A stretch of DNA of 64,000 bases from positions 45,012,001 through 45,076,000 of the forward strand of contig OX597835.1 in NCBI GenBank assembly GCA_951406725.2, read 5' to 3'. This document shows, piece by piece, positions 41,138 to 54,594 of the stretch. Numbering within the stretch: position 1 is the first letter of the stretch; each line of letters begins with the position of its first letter. The translations under genes were made by a program, and so were the position numbers. The stretch comes from Octopus vulgaris (Eukaryota). A model generated the notes under the pieces. That model did not search any database and was not told the DNA's origin. It was given only the letters and a program-made list of their open reading frames with translations.

Positions 41138-41839
41138 TTGTATTAAATCGATCAAGTCATGGCTTTTTCATGACTAGTATTTTATCGACTCTGGACGGAT
41201 GAAATCGATGTTGAACTAACTCAGATTTGAACTCCAATTGAAAATAACTGTAAATAACTTCCTAAGCCATTTCCATCGAAGATCTCATCTAACTTTCAGT
41301 CACATAACCGGGTGACATAACACGGAATACATATTAGCAAGAAAAATGAAAGAAAAACATATTAGCATAGCTTGAATTTCTCCTAGGTTTTTGCTTGATT
41401 TTAATTTATCTTTCAAATTGTGTACATGCGCACACACAGATACAATCGTACTCACTCACTCACACCTCCCTCTCATATATTTTAGTACCTGCTCAATAAC
41501 TAGAATAACATGTGAATAAGAAATATATGGTAGAGTGGTTATATTTTGGTATGAGTGTGTATATGTGTGTTCACGTGCATGTATGCGTTTATGTGTGTAT
41601 GTGTGTGCGTGTGTGTGTGTGTGTGTGTGTCTGCTACGAAATGCGTCCCCTATTTCTCTTTTCTTTCCTCTTCTTATGAGTCTTTTTATTCCCCCTTTTG
41701 AAGAAAGTTTGACAACAGAAACGTTAAGACGTTTTACACTCAAATATGTCAAGCGTTAACTTAATAAGATATGCATCAAATTTTGAATATTTGTGATATC
41801 GTTCTAGTGTTAATTGATCTAACAATATATGCGTGGGGA

Positions 41840-42330
<491 letters not shown>

Positions 42331-43096
42331 AAGCTTTATTCATGAATGCATCTTAGTATGCATGTAGGCGTGTATATGCGTGTGTATGTTTGTATGCTTT
42401 AATGATTTGTGTGCATATGTTTAGAAAACAGATCTTTTTTAGATTATCTTATTCCGCACAGACTCAAACATCCGATATATATACATACAGTGAAAGCGAA
42501 AAGAAAAGGGGAAAATATATAACACTCGAAAATGCATAAATAGTATCAGAACCGTCCACCGAACGACAAGGGTTATAAATTATTTATATAAAGGGATACT
42601 GTTCTTTTTTCATCTTGTTTTTCGAAATATTTATGCAATGACATGTTTATAGAAAACATCAGAACCTATACGTATAAGAAACAGGCTTACCTAACTATGA
42701 ATATAGATTTCTAATACACACCGAACCTATTTAGATCTGTTGTCATTCATTCGTATATAATTTGATAGGGAAACGAGGCAATGCAGATGTAGAAGCGGTC
42801 ATATAATAATTCAACATTATTGCAGTTGAAATGCAGTTTAACCCAATTGAGATTTTGAAAAGATGTAACTTCGGATGATGAAAATGGCTGACGCGTAAAA
42901 GAGACCACCTCCTTATCTCAGAATTTCATTTCTGAATCATATATAGATTCCTTTGTGCATTCTGCTTAGCGTTTATCAAATCTTTTCTTCATTTTATGTA
43001 CTTATGTGCGTTTGTTCGACTTATTAAGATGAAGGCACAAATGACTATAATCATGAGATCATTCCATATTTCAAGAATATTAACGTATACTTAATT

Positions 43097-43195
<99 letters not shown>

Positions 43196-43318
43196 CGCGT
43201 GTGTGTACAGAGAGAGTTATACATACAGACAGAGAAAGAAGAACAAGCTAGCTAGATTGATAAATAAACAGATCGATAGAAAAAAAAATACATATTTTTT
43301 AAATGCATATATATATTA

Positions 43319-43683
43319 TAGCGTAGAAGTGGCTGTGTGGTAAGTAGCTTGTTTACCAACCACATGGTTCCGGGTTCAGTACCACTGCGTGGCACGTTGG
43401 GCAAGTGTCTACTACTATAGCCTCGAGCCGAGGCTATATATATGTATATATATATATATGCGTGTGTGTGTTTGTATATCTGTATTTGTCCCCCTAGCAT
43501 TGCTTGACAACCGATGCTGGTGTGTTTATGTCCCCGTTACTTAGCGGTTCGGCAAAAGAGACGGATAAAATAAGTACTGGGCTTACAAAATAATAAGTCC
43601 CGGGGTCGAGTTGCTCGATTAAAGGCGGTGCTCCAGCATGGCCGCAGTCAAATGACTGAAACAAGTAAAAGAGTAAAAGAGTA
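43319..43683 (+). mobile_element. SINE family B with internal deletion
   Basis: Closely similar to 49886-50308 but lacks the segment after GCCTCGAGCCGA. Confidence 0.9.
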
Positions 43684-43730
43684 TATCTGTCTACCTATCT
43701 AGCTCTTTCTCTCTATCTCTGTTTGTCTGT

Positions 43731-43985
43731 CAGACAGGGCGCTGTGAGTGTTTATTGAGCAAAAGCACTACGAGGCTCCGGCAGGGGAAGGCGAACCCTG
43801 CTGTACTATTTCACCACAACTTTCTCTCACACATTCTTCCTGTTTCTCTTGTACCTGTATTTCAAAGGGTCAGCCTTGTCACACTCTGTGGAGTGCTCAG
43901 CCACATGCACGTTAGTTTCACGAGCTGGCTATTCAGCTGATCTTATAAGCTAGAACCCTCGTCGTCGTAACCGACGGAGTGCCAC
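43731..43985 (+). mobile_element. SINE family A, tail 1, 5'-truncated and deleted
   Basis: Aligns piecewise to 26286-26600. Confidence 0.8.
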
Positions 43986-44158
43986 AGCTATATTTTGGAA
44001 AGCGAAATTCTCCCCTATGTAGTGTTGTTTCCTTTCATATTGACATTGTTGTTCCTTCCAGACGTTGTTCGTTCCATCAGAACGAGTTGCCCCGCAGAGG
44101 CAGTTCGGTTTTGGAGCATCGTCCATTGTTTCAAATGGAATTCTCAACCTTTCTGTAG

Positions 44159-44572
44159 TCTTTTATTCTTTTGCTTGCTTCAGACATTTTGACTGTGGCC
44201 ATGCTGAAGCACTGCCTTAAAGAGTTTTTAGTCGTAGCAGTCTACCCCAGGACTAATTCTTTGTACGCCTAGAACTTATGCTATCGGCCACTCTTGAGGA
44301 ACCGCTATGTTACGGGGAGGTAAACACACCAGCAGCGGTTGTCAAACGATGGTGAGAGACAAACACGGACACAAACACGCACGCACACGCACACACACAC
44401 ACACACACACACATTATACAACGATCTTCTTTCAGTTTCCGTCCTTCACACTCACTCAGAGTGTTTTGGTCAGCTCGAGGTTATAGCAGAAAACAGTTGC
44501 CAAAGGTGCCACGCAGTGGGACTGAACCTGGAATCATCTGGTTGCGAAGCAGGCTTCTTACCCCACAGCCAC
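44159..44572 (-). mobile_element. SINE family B, diverged copy
   Basis: Reverse-complement match to family B. Confidence 0.8.
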
Positions 44573-44727
44573 ATCAACAACATTTCACTCGTGGTTTCGG
44601 CGGTTTTGCGTGTAGGGTTGCATCTGTCAGCATGGTTTTGCGTCTCTGTAATAATTACGGTCGTATTTTAATGTTAGTGATTTTTTTTTATGCGCTAAGA
44701 ATGTTGTTCATCTTTGGATCCTTATTG

Positions 44728-44728
44728 A

Positions 44729-44775
<47 letters not shown>

Positions 44776-44962
44776 ATTTGGCTCAAAAGCAAATAGCAAG
44801 GCCATGTAGGGGGACATGGAGTTAAGTACAGGGTGGTGTTCATGTAAAGAGTTCAGGCCACTTGAGGTCAAGGGAGGCTTTGCACAAAGCGGTCGTCGGC
44901 ATCTTCACCATCTCGTCTGGCAGCTTGTTCCACGGATTCGCAACCCGGACGGAGAAAGCGGA
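44728..44962 (-). mobile_element. CR1-type LINE 3' end with (TAAC)n tail
   Basis: Minus strand encodes FSVRVANPWNKLPDEMVKMPTTALCKASLDLKWPELFT*, the typical CR1 'F..RV.N.WN.LP' C-terminus; short UTR then (TAAC)n. Confidence 0.85.
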
Positions 44963-46421
44963 TTATTAGAAGAATTATATGCCTTTTTGTTTCTCGGATT
45001 GTTGGTAGAAATGACGGGTAATATAAAATGATACTGTAATTCGCCGGAAGCATTGTCTGTTGTTTCTGAAATATAACGTGTCTGGAATGGCACGACAATA
45101 CAGAGTAGACTCTACCAACCGATATAAATATTTTAATCATTCATAGTCTAATATAATATTTCGGAATATAAAAATTCTTCAGATATTGCTAGGAATTAAT
45201 GGATTCACTGTTATAATCCGTTTTCCAACGGTTACTGAAATTTGCCAGAAACGTCCATGCAGTGGACTCACGAAGCTCCTTCCGGAATTCCTCATGGGAA
45301 TTGCGTGAGGGTGGTCATGTCTCGAGCTCGTGTGTGTGTTCGTATATCCGCAGCGCTGCTTCCAAGTCATTTATTACATGTGTATTTCGTTTTTATACAT
45401 GTGCATGTTACAATGGTGCATGTAGAGTGTCGATGTTAAATAACATAGCGATTGTTAATTTCCAACCTTCTGTTATTTTGGGGCTCTAGTCTGTCTTTGA
45501 GGAGAGCTTCCTTAATTCTTAAGTTTCCTAAATTTCTATAATTGGCCTCAATTGTGACTATTATGTTTTTTAGGTGTTCTGGCATCTGTCTCGATGTTTT
45601 CTAAAGGTGGAGTCTCGTGTGTTTAGATGTTCTTTGATGTGAATGTGTAATGATATTGTTGTGCCAACCACAAAGAAATTGTTGCCTTTGTTAAATTGGA
45701 TTTGAATATCGAATCCAAAATAACAAATGCGTGTTATTTGGTTTTTACTTCTCTTAGTATCGGATTTGAATTATGTGTTGTGTTTTATCCCACCTTCTGT
45801 TAGTGGGAATGGGTAATATCAATCGACGAGTATTTTTTAATGTTCCTCAAGGCGTATTTTCATAAAATCCAACCGTTCAAAACAACTTTGCTAAATTGAA
45901 AGGATATTCATTTTCATGCATTTACGATAAATATGCGTTAAAGTGTATGTATACCTTGGAATCAATTTGTTTATGGTGTCTGTTTCAATTCGGTTATTGA
46001 CTTTTTTCCGAAGATATATAGAAACAGAAGTTGACCTTTCCTGTATTCCATAGTGTTTGCAACACAGAACTGTGTTTCCTTTCGTGTAATTTTTCCTTAT
46101 CTTTCATTCCATAGAATGAAGCAATCATCTAAATACCTGTTTCAATTCTCTCTTATGTATAGTTAAACGGAGTTGCCATATTTTTGCAGTTATTCTTCTA
46201 ATTACTACATTACTAGCTTTGCAAGGACACCGGCTGCGTTTACTCCCATCGCAATTTGAGATTTGTATCTCTAGTAATTAACATCAAACGTGGAGTAATT
46301 AATTTTGAAGATAGGTTTTAGTACATGAATTATAAATTCTTTGTGAACAGTTTTCCTATCAAGGTTTTATTGCTTCCGTTCCATATTCGTAGGAGATATT
46401 GGTATACAAGTTCACCACATA

Positions 46422-46422
46422 A

Positions 46423-46489
<67 letters not shown>

Positions 46490-46576
46490 GATATATCTAT
46501 CTGTCTATCTATCTATTTGTCCATTCAACCATCCATCTATCTTTCTACCTACCTACCTACCTACCTACCTACCTAC

Positions 46577-46648
<72 letters not shown>

Positions 46649-47271
46649 TTTCATCATCCTTGTGGCTATGGCGAAAGAATGTATCTGGTGGACGCGTCTG
46701 AAAGGATTGGAGACAAACACTTTCCTCTCTGGTCAATCTCTCATCAACTTCTTCAAGTACCACTTGAAAAGGAAAGTGAGAGTAGAGAGGCAAGTTTTGT
46801 CTAGCGAATGTTTTAAAAAAAGATGGGTGAATGTAGCAAGAATGGCACGTATGAATGAGGAAGCCACCTTGAGCATAGTCCTATGAACCCAGAAATCGAA
46901 AACAGAGAGTTGCTTATTTGCAAAAAGAAAAAAAAAAAAAAAAGAAATACAAAATGTGACTTCATTGACCGAGGTTACCGTGGTCTTTTCCGTAGGCTTT
47001 TCTTTCCACGGGTAAACCTCACCTGTCCTCCCCTTTAAACTTCATATTGACATTTCTGTGATAACGATCCCTATTGATCAATTTTTTTCCTCCCCCCTTT
47101 TTTTTAACCCCCCTTTTTTTGTCCTCTTTCTCTCCTTTTACGATCCCTTTTGATCGAAACTCCCCCTTCCTTTTTTTTTTTTTTTTTTTTTTTTCTAACC
47201 CTTCAAAAGAAAAGCTCTACATTGTAATTTGTTCTATCTGTGTGCAGCCCGGTGTGGCTAATAAAGAAACA

Positions 47272-47310
<39 letters not shown>

Positions 47311-47337
47311 TTAACTATCTATCAATCTATCTGTCTA

Positions 47338-47436
<99 letters not shown>

Positions 47437-47441
47437 GTCTG

Positions 47442-47511
<70 letters not shown>

Positions 47512-47594
47512 GATATATCTATCTGTCTATCTATCTATTTATCCATTCAACCATCCATCTATCTTTCTACCTATCTACCTACTTACCTACCTAC

Positions 47595-47638
<44 letters not shown>

Positions 47639-47653
47639 TTAACTATCTATCTA

Positions 47654-47718
<65 letters not shown>

Positions 47719-47743
47719 ATATATATATATATCTATCTGTCTG

Positions 47744-47782
<39 letters not shown>

Positions 47783-47787
47783 GTCTG

Positions 47788-47820
<33 letters not shown>

Positions 47821-47885
47821 ATATGTATATCTATCTGTATCTGTCTATCTATATCTGTCTTTCTGCCTATTTATATCTGTCTGTC
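46422..47885. repeat. Large compound (TATC)n/(CTAC)n array interrupted by a LINE
   Basis: Block 46480-46647 is repeated at ~47500-47640. Confidence 0.9.
46648..47272 (+). mobile_element. 5'-truncated Tx1/L1-like LINE: ORF2 C-terminus plus 3' UTR
   Basis: Open frame [19 protein letters not shown]...[26 protein letters not shown]...SIVL* (ORF 46662-46886); UTR ends AATAAAGAAACA directly in (TATC)n. Confidence 0.82.
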
Positions 47886-48960
47886 TCTCATGGCTGCTTG
47901 GCCACAGCCAGCCCTATGGCGGTCAGCGACATTGAGGTGACTGTCCACTGCAAGGAGGCCCACAGTCATCGCTATGGCGCCATTGGAGTCACTATCACTC
48001 TTGTCTTGTCTTGTCTTGTCTTGTCTTGTCCTGCCTTGTCCTGTCCGCTCTGTTCCGTTCCGTTCTCAAAAAGAAAATAGACTTCGTGTCATAAGAACTG
48101 ATTGAATATGCGTTAGAGGACCAAAGTTTGGTGAAGTGGAGGTGAGATGTTGAAGTGTGTAAGTAGTAATGGAAAATGCGGCAAAGACACTGAGCCACCA
48201 CGTGGATATAATCCTTCTGCCCACATACCTGGGACAGAGAGAGTCCTGCATAAGGGTTGGAGGCATACTGCCTGAAATAGACGTGGTGCGGATAGCGGCT
48301 GCCATCTTAGCAGAAAATGAGGAAAACATAACTGTTACAGGCCACGACGGAGGACTGTACAATACGGAAGGGACAGGTCCTCAACATGACAATACAAGCA
48401 TCAAGAGAAATCATGGAATAGATGGTGGAGTCGGTGAAGGTTGGAGATACTGTGATGAACGTATAGGTGGAGGAAAGAATTCACCGCTGTTACAAGTGTA
48501 GAAAAAATGGCAGATAAGTGCGAAATGCCCTACGCCGGAAGGAAAAGTGGAAGAACTACTGGAGGTAATTGTGGAGGACAAGGCAGAGGAAAAGTCACAG
48601 GAAGAGATGGTACAGAAGGAAGACGGGGAAGAAAAGAGAGAGAAAAGAAAAAGGAAGAAAAGAGACAAGGAACTTTACACCCAAGACCCACCGATACCCT
48701 CATCGTCCCACCCTCGTCCTGCAGATACTAACACCTCCCAGTCCCCTCCATCTCAAATACAAAAGAAAACACGCGAACACAATGATTCACAGACATCCCC
48801 CCTCCCGTATTCTTACGCTTGTTTCATTGATGACGACAATTTGTTTGGAAAGGTAAGCAGAAAGAGAAATGTAGTATATGTATAAGATGGGGAGGATAGT
48901 GATGCAGATATTGTTATCGGAAATGCAAAAGAAGGAATTAGAGGGTTATGAGGAAGACGA
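47885..48960 (+). mobile_element. 5' UTR and decayed ORF1 (gag-like, zinc knuckle) of a Tx1/L1-like LINE
   Basis: IILLPTYLGQRESCIRVGGILPEIDV.. then RCYKCRK..(frameshift)..ISAKC CCHC-like knuckle at ~48485-48530, followed by a charged/Pro-rich region. Confidence 0.7.
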
Positions 48961-49015
48961 TATAAATATAAATACATATATATATATATATGTATATACA
49001 TACATACATACATAT

Positions 49016-49094
<79 letters not shown>

Positions 49095-49097
49095 CAA

Positions 49098-49128
<31 letters not shown>

Positions 49129-49132
49129 GGAG

Positions 49133-49468
49133 GAGACCCCCTTCGGTCATGAATGACCATGGGATTGCACCTAGAAAGTTACCCTCCGAGGCACAAGTCT
49201 GAGCAAGGTTGTTTTACGGAAGGCCAGCAGTCGCCCATGCACACCAGCCTCTCCTCTCCACACCACTGATGTTATCCAAGGGAAAGGCAAAGGGACCGAT
49301 ACAGCTTGGCACCAGTGATGTCGCAACTCATTTCTACAGCTGAGTGAACTGGGGCAACGTGAAATAAAGTGTCTTGCTCAAGAACACAATATGCAGCCCA
49401 GTCCGGGAGTCGAACTCACAACCTCAACATCGTAAGCTCGATGGTCTAACCACTGAGCCATGCGCCTT

Positions 49469-49470
<2 letters not shown>
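49133..49470 (-). mobile_element. tRNA-derived SINE family E (head and core shared with family D, different tail)
   Basis: GGCGCATGGCTCAGTGGTTAG; B box GAGTTCGACTCCC; TGTGTTCTTGAGCAA..CACTT.ATTTCACGTTG..CACTCAGCTG shared with 5491-5755. Confidence 0.85.
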
Positions 49471-49504
<34 letters not shown>

Positions 49505-49885
49505 CTTACATATATATATATATGTGTGTGTGTGTGTGTATATATGTGTGTGTGTATTTTGGGGGAAAGAAGAAAATAGAGCAATAATGGATGTATGAAT
49601 AATTTATTTGTATGTTATAAAAAGATGAACATTTATTCCAAAGAACATAATACAAATATATTGATTAAAACTTGTAAATCTCTAACAATAGAATAATAGA
49701 ATATATTTTTCTGTACTATCAGAGAGTTGATGAGAAATTCCAGGCATTTGGTTAACTGCTACGAAACGTAAAATGTTCTAACTTTGTGGTGTTCTGACTT
49801 TTTGAGGGTCAGAACCCATGGAAATTAGGCTATCATTTTTCTTTTGAAGTATTTTACAGCGTATGTTTGGAAATTCTGAACAAAT

Positions 49886-50308
49886 AGGCTCAGGAGTGGC
49901 TATGTGGTAAGTAGCTTGTTTACCAACCACATGGTTCCGGGTTCAGTCCCACTGCGTGGTACCTTGGGCAAGTGTTTTCTACTATAGCCTCAGGTTGACC
50001 AAAGCCTTGTGAGTGGATTTGGTAGACGGAAACTGAAAGAAGCCCGTCGTATATATGTATATATATATATATATATGCGTGTGTGTGTTTGTATATCTGT
50101 ATTTGTCCCCCTAGCATTGCTTGACAACCGATGCTGGTGTGTTTATGTCCCCGTTACTTAGCGGTTCGGCAAAAGAGACCGATAAAATAAGTACTTGGCT
50201 TACAAAATAGTAAGTCCCGGGGTCGACTTGCTCGATTAAAGGCGGTGCTCCAGCATGACCGCAGTCAAATGACTGAAACAAGTAAAAGAGTAAAAGAGTA
50301 AAAGAGTA
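49886..50308 (+). mobile_element. SINE family B, full length
   Basis: Matches other copies; (TAAAAGAG)3 tail. Confidence 0.93.
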
Positions 50309-50610
50309 ACTAGGTGATACGACTGAAACATATATGTAGGTTCTGTTATTTTACTGTTAGAGATTCACAACGTGTAATCAATTTATTGGTACTGTTGTTT
50401 TTAAACAAATTTTTATCTTTTTATAACATACAAATTAATTATTCAAACATACATCATTTCTCAATTTTCTTTTTTTCCCTCATTATTGGTAATATATAGA
50501 TTCAACAATCCCTAACATATACCAACGACGTTCGCATTATATAATAGGGATTTATCAGTGCAATACCTTTGATGATTTAATCCCTAATGCGGATATAACC
50601 TCTTCAAAGT

Positions 50611-50665
<55 letters not shown>

Positions 50666-50667
<2 letters not shown>

Positions 50668-50799
50668 TAATCTAAACAAGAAAACACAAAAAAACACAAC
50701 AACGCGAGGACGTGGAATAAATATATATTATTGGACGCTCAGGAAAGAAGGGAAGAAGGAGGGTTTAACGTTTCGAGGGGAGCTCTTCGTCGGAGAAGG

Positions 50800-50800
<1 letters not shown>
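50666..50800 (-). mobile_element. Family P1 copy (truncated), in (TA)n
   Basis: Matches 5062-5200. Confidence 0.75.
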
Positions 50801-50849
<49 letters not shown>

Positions 50850-50904
50850 GTAGATATAAATATGGGTTTTATTTGTACGTATGAGTGCGCAGATATATAT
50901 ATTA

Positions 50905-50937
<33 letters not shown>

Positions 50938-51691
50938 CGAAAGTTCCCTGACACAGTATAGGAAAGTGTTAATATTTATGCGTATATGCGGATGTGCGTG
51001 TGAGTGTGTGTGTTAGTGTTAGACACTGCTGCCTGTACTGATATGTCTATAAGCCATACGATGACAGATAAGCACTTTCCAATTAATTGTAGAGGTGTGT
51101 CGGGGTGTGTGTACATGTGTGTGTGAGTCTCTGTGTGGATGTATGGGTTTAGGGTTAGATGTGGATGTGTGTGTTTTACTTGTACGGTGTGGTTGAGGTC
51201 GGACGGTTCACAATTGACCAACTGTGAGGAAGATAATGATAATTTTAAATTCAAATCCAATAGTGTATTTATGCCATAAAGAAAATTATTAACTGTAACA
51301 CGGACATACATATATTCCGCTCTGGATCATAATGTAAGAGTTATTAATAATATTTTGAATGATAACAATGATAACATTAATGGTATTGACACTTTAGAAA
51401 CTATTATGAAGTAATATAATGTACTATTGACTATGTATATTTGCATCTAGGTATTAATTTGTGTATGTTTATTATCACAATACTAAGTCGAAAAACTGAG
51501 ACATTGAGTGTGGAACACATATATATGTTTACTAATTTATATTATTTATTTATATCATTATGTAAATGTATATTTTTATATATATAGGAGTGTGAGTATA
51601 TGCACTCATATGTATATATATGTATATGTTGTATTGTGGGGAAGCACCCACACCCATGTGGGTATATATGTAGACTGAGTTATATTACATA

Positions 51692-51818
51692 ATCTCCGAA
51701 GAGGCCTTGCGATATTTTTGTTAATGTCTCATTTATATCTATATATTGACCAACCATAAAGGGCTAATATTGGTAAAATGAGACATAATTATCGACATGG
51801 CCGAAACAGCTGTAAGAT
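51692..51818 (+). ncRNA. Type I hammerhead motif with very long stem II (probable Penelope pLTR)
   Basis: AUCU-CCGAAGA-GGCC..[AUGUCUCAUUU..AAAUGAGACAU]..GGCC-GAAA-CAGCUGUA-AGAU; palindromic stem III ACAGCUGU; GUA triplet. Confidence 0.6.
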
Positions 51819-52058
51819 CAAATTTATACTTATATTTATATTTACTTGTATTTATATTCTCTTTTATATATATTCTACTTATTATACAACATTACTCTTT
51901 TATGTACACTTTTTTATGTACATTCCTTTATGTACACTGATTTGTTCTGCTTTTATATTTAACCCTACAGTCTCTTATGTGGTGGTTTAATAAAGTATGT
52001 GATTGAGTATTATCTGATAATTGATATTTGATTTAGATATATTTGTCCATTTTCTTAT

Positions 52059-52274
<216 letters not shown>

Positions 52275-52289
52275 TGTGTGTGTATGTGA

Positions 52290-52516
52290 GTGTGTGTGTG
52301 TCTGTTCGTGTGTATGTTTGCCAGCCCTCATCATCGCTAGACAACACATGCTGGTGAGTTTACGTTACAGTAACTCAGCGGTTCGGCAAAGGAGTCGATA
52401 TAAGAATTACTAAGCCTACAAAGAATAAGCCCTTGGGTCGATTTGGTCGACTAAAGGCAGTGCTGAAGTATGGCCGCTGTCAAATGACTGACCCAATTAA
52501 AAAAATTAAAAGAATA
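52290..52516 (+). mobile_element. SINE family B, 3' half, diverged
   Basis: Aligns to the family B 3' region. Confidence 0.75.
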
Positions 52517-52572
52517 AACGATATATATATATGTGTGTGTATGTGTGTGTATGTATGTATATATATATATAT

Positions 52573-52770
52573 AGTTAATCCAAACAAGAAAACACAAACA
52601 AAACACACCAACGCGTGGACGTGGAACAAATGAAGTATTATTGGACGCTCAGGAAAGAAGGGAAGAAGGAGGGTTTAACGTTTCGAGCGGAGCTCTTCGT
52701 CGGAAACAAAGGAGAAGGAAAGATCCGAGAAGGGACGACGGAGGAAAAAAAATTGCTGACGGTACTAGGT
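52573..52770 (-). mobile_element. Family P1 copy with hammerhead-like motif (52673-52707)
   Basis: Matches 5062-5262; cleavage triplet is GUU. Confidence 0.75.
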
Positions 52771-52772
52771 CC

Positions 52773-52804
<32 letters not shown>

Positions 52805-53397
52805 CAACAATTGAGGTAAAATTAATTAATTAATCAATTTCACCAAGTATTCAGTATACAAAGGGACCATTTAAGGCGAATTCAAATTATTACATTATAT
52901 AAAGGGCTTAGTAAAATAAATTACTTTGCCGCATACTGAACTCATTAGAAATAGCAGCTAAAAAACTTTTAAAACTATCTCCAATACTTAAAGAAAATCT
53001 CTCTCGTATAGTGTTTGCTCAATTCAACTCACGAAAGTATGAGGGTAGAGACATTAAAAAATCAAATGCAAAGGTTATTTGAGAACGTACGTTTCAAGAT
53101 TAGTCAAATCGACACTTCTATCATCAGCTCAGAACTCCCTGGTTTGGATTTGAAAACACTGAAAGCTGGAGCATACCCTTTCGGCCTGTTATCGCTTCTG
53201 AAGATCTGCTCAAAACTAACAGTGTTAGCAAATTCAAATATGCAAACGAAGAATTTCTGCTCTCCCTTTCCACCAGCGTGGATATGGATGGATGGATGGA
53301 TATATCATGAAATCAATGTGAATCTGTTTTATTAACAATATCACTTAGAGTAAAGGTTTGATTTATACATTTATATAGTTATATAAAACCATATACG

Positions 53398-53463
<66 letters not shown>

Positions 53464-53572
53464 GCCATCGCCTTAAGATAGCTATTTGACACACAAACTG
53501 TATCCATTATAACCTTCGAACAAGGGATCAGCCGCTTCACACTGCCTGTCAGACAGCTACAGACGCGTTTCA

Positions 53573-53867
53573 GGGCAATGGCCTAGTGGTTAGGGCAGCG
53601 GTCTCAGGATCGCGGTTTCGATTCCCAGACCGGGCGTTGTGAATGTTTATTGAGCGAAAACACCTAAAAAAGCTCCACGAGGCTCCGACAGGGGGGGGGT
53701 GATCCCTGCTGTACTATTTCACCACTCTTTCTCTCACTCTTTCTCCTGTTGGCCTGCTCGCTTAGTCAGCGGGGTGGCGTCATTCGAAGGCTAAAACAAT
53801 GCGAACGCATTGTGACCAGCGATGTGTAACAACATCTGATGGTCGGGTCGGTCACGTGATCACGTGA
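53573..53867 (+). mobile_element. SINE family A, tail 2
   Basis: Same tail as 62372-62674. Confidence 0.9.
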
Positions 53868-54068
53868 TATATATATAGGGGTAAAACATGAAAAATCAAC
53901 GAAAATGCACACTGCAAATAAAAAAAAGGCTATTTGTGACAGGTAACTACAAATATATTCATTTAGATTGACTGAGGTAGTAATACGAGTCATAAAAGTC
54001 ATTATTATGAGATGATTAAAAGATGAAAATAAAGTAAGGGAACAAAACGGACCATGGTTTACGCAAAG

Positions 54069-54145
<77 letters not shown>

Positions 54146-54594
54146 CACTCACACTTTCACACATAATATGATTGTCATTGAAAAGGTCCAATGAATGAGC
54201 TCCCTCCTTGGTCTGCCTTTCTTAATATATTCCTCATCTCATCTCTCAATGGACAGCATTCAATGACAATTTCAAGACATCGCCTTTTGAATAGATTGAA
54301 AATAAGGATGCAAATAATTATAAGCTCCTATTCGAGTGTTAGTGTGGATGTGGGAGTAGCGAAAAAATTCATAAAAGGACTAGAACAGAAACAGCAACAA
54401 CAATAAGAACAACAATGCTGCCTCAAGTAAATCTATAAGAATTCGCTAATCGCTTCAATGGAAGTTCTTAATGATTTGGATTTTATTCTCAGTGATTTTA
54501 GTGTTTTTTTAAATTGTCGTAGAATGATTAACAATTGACAAAATGGTTGCTATGGTTACCGAGATTATAATGATTTTATAAAATTCCCTAATGC

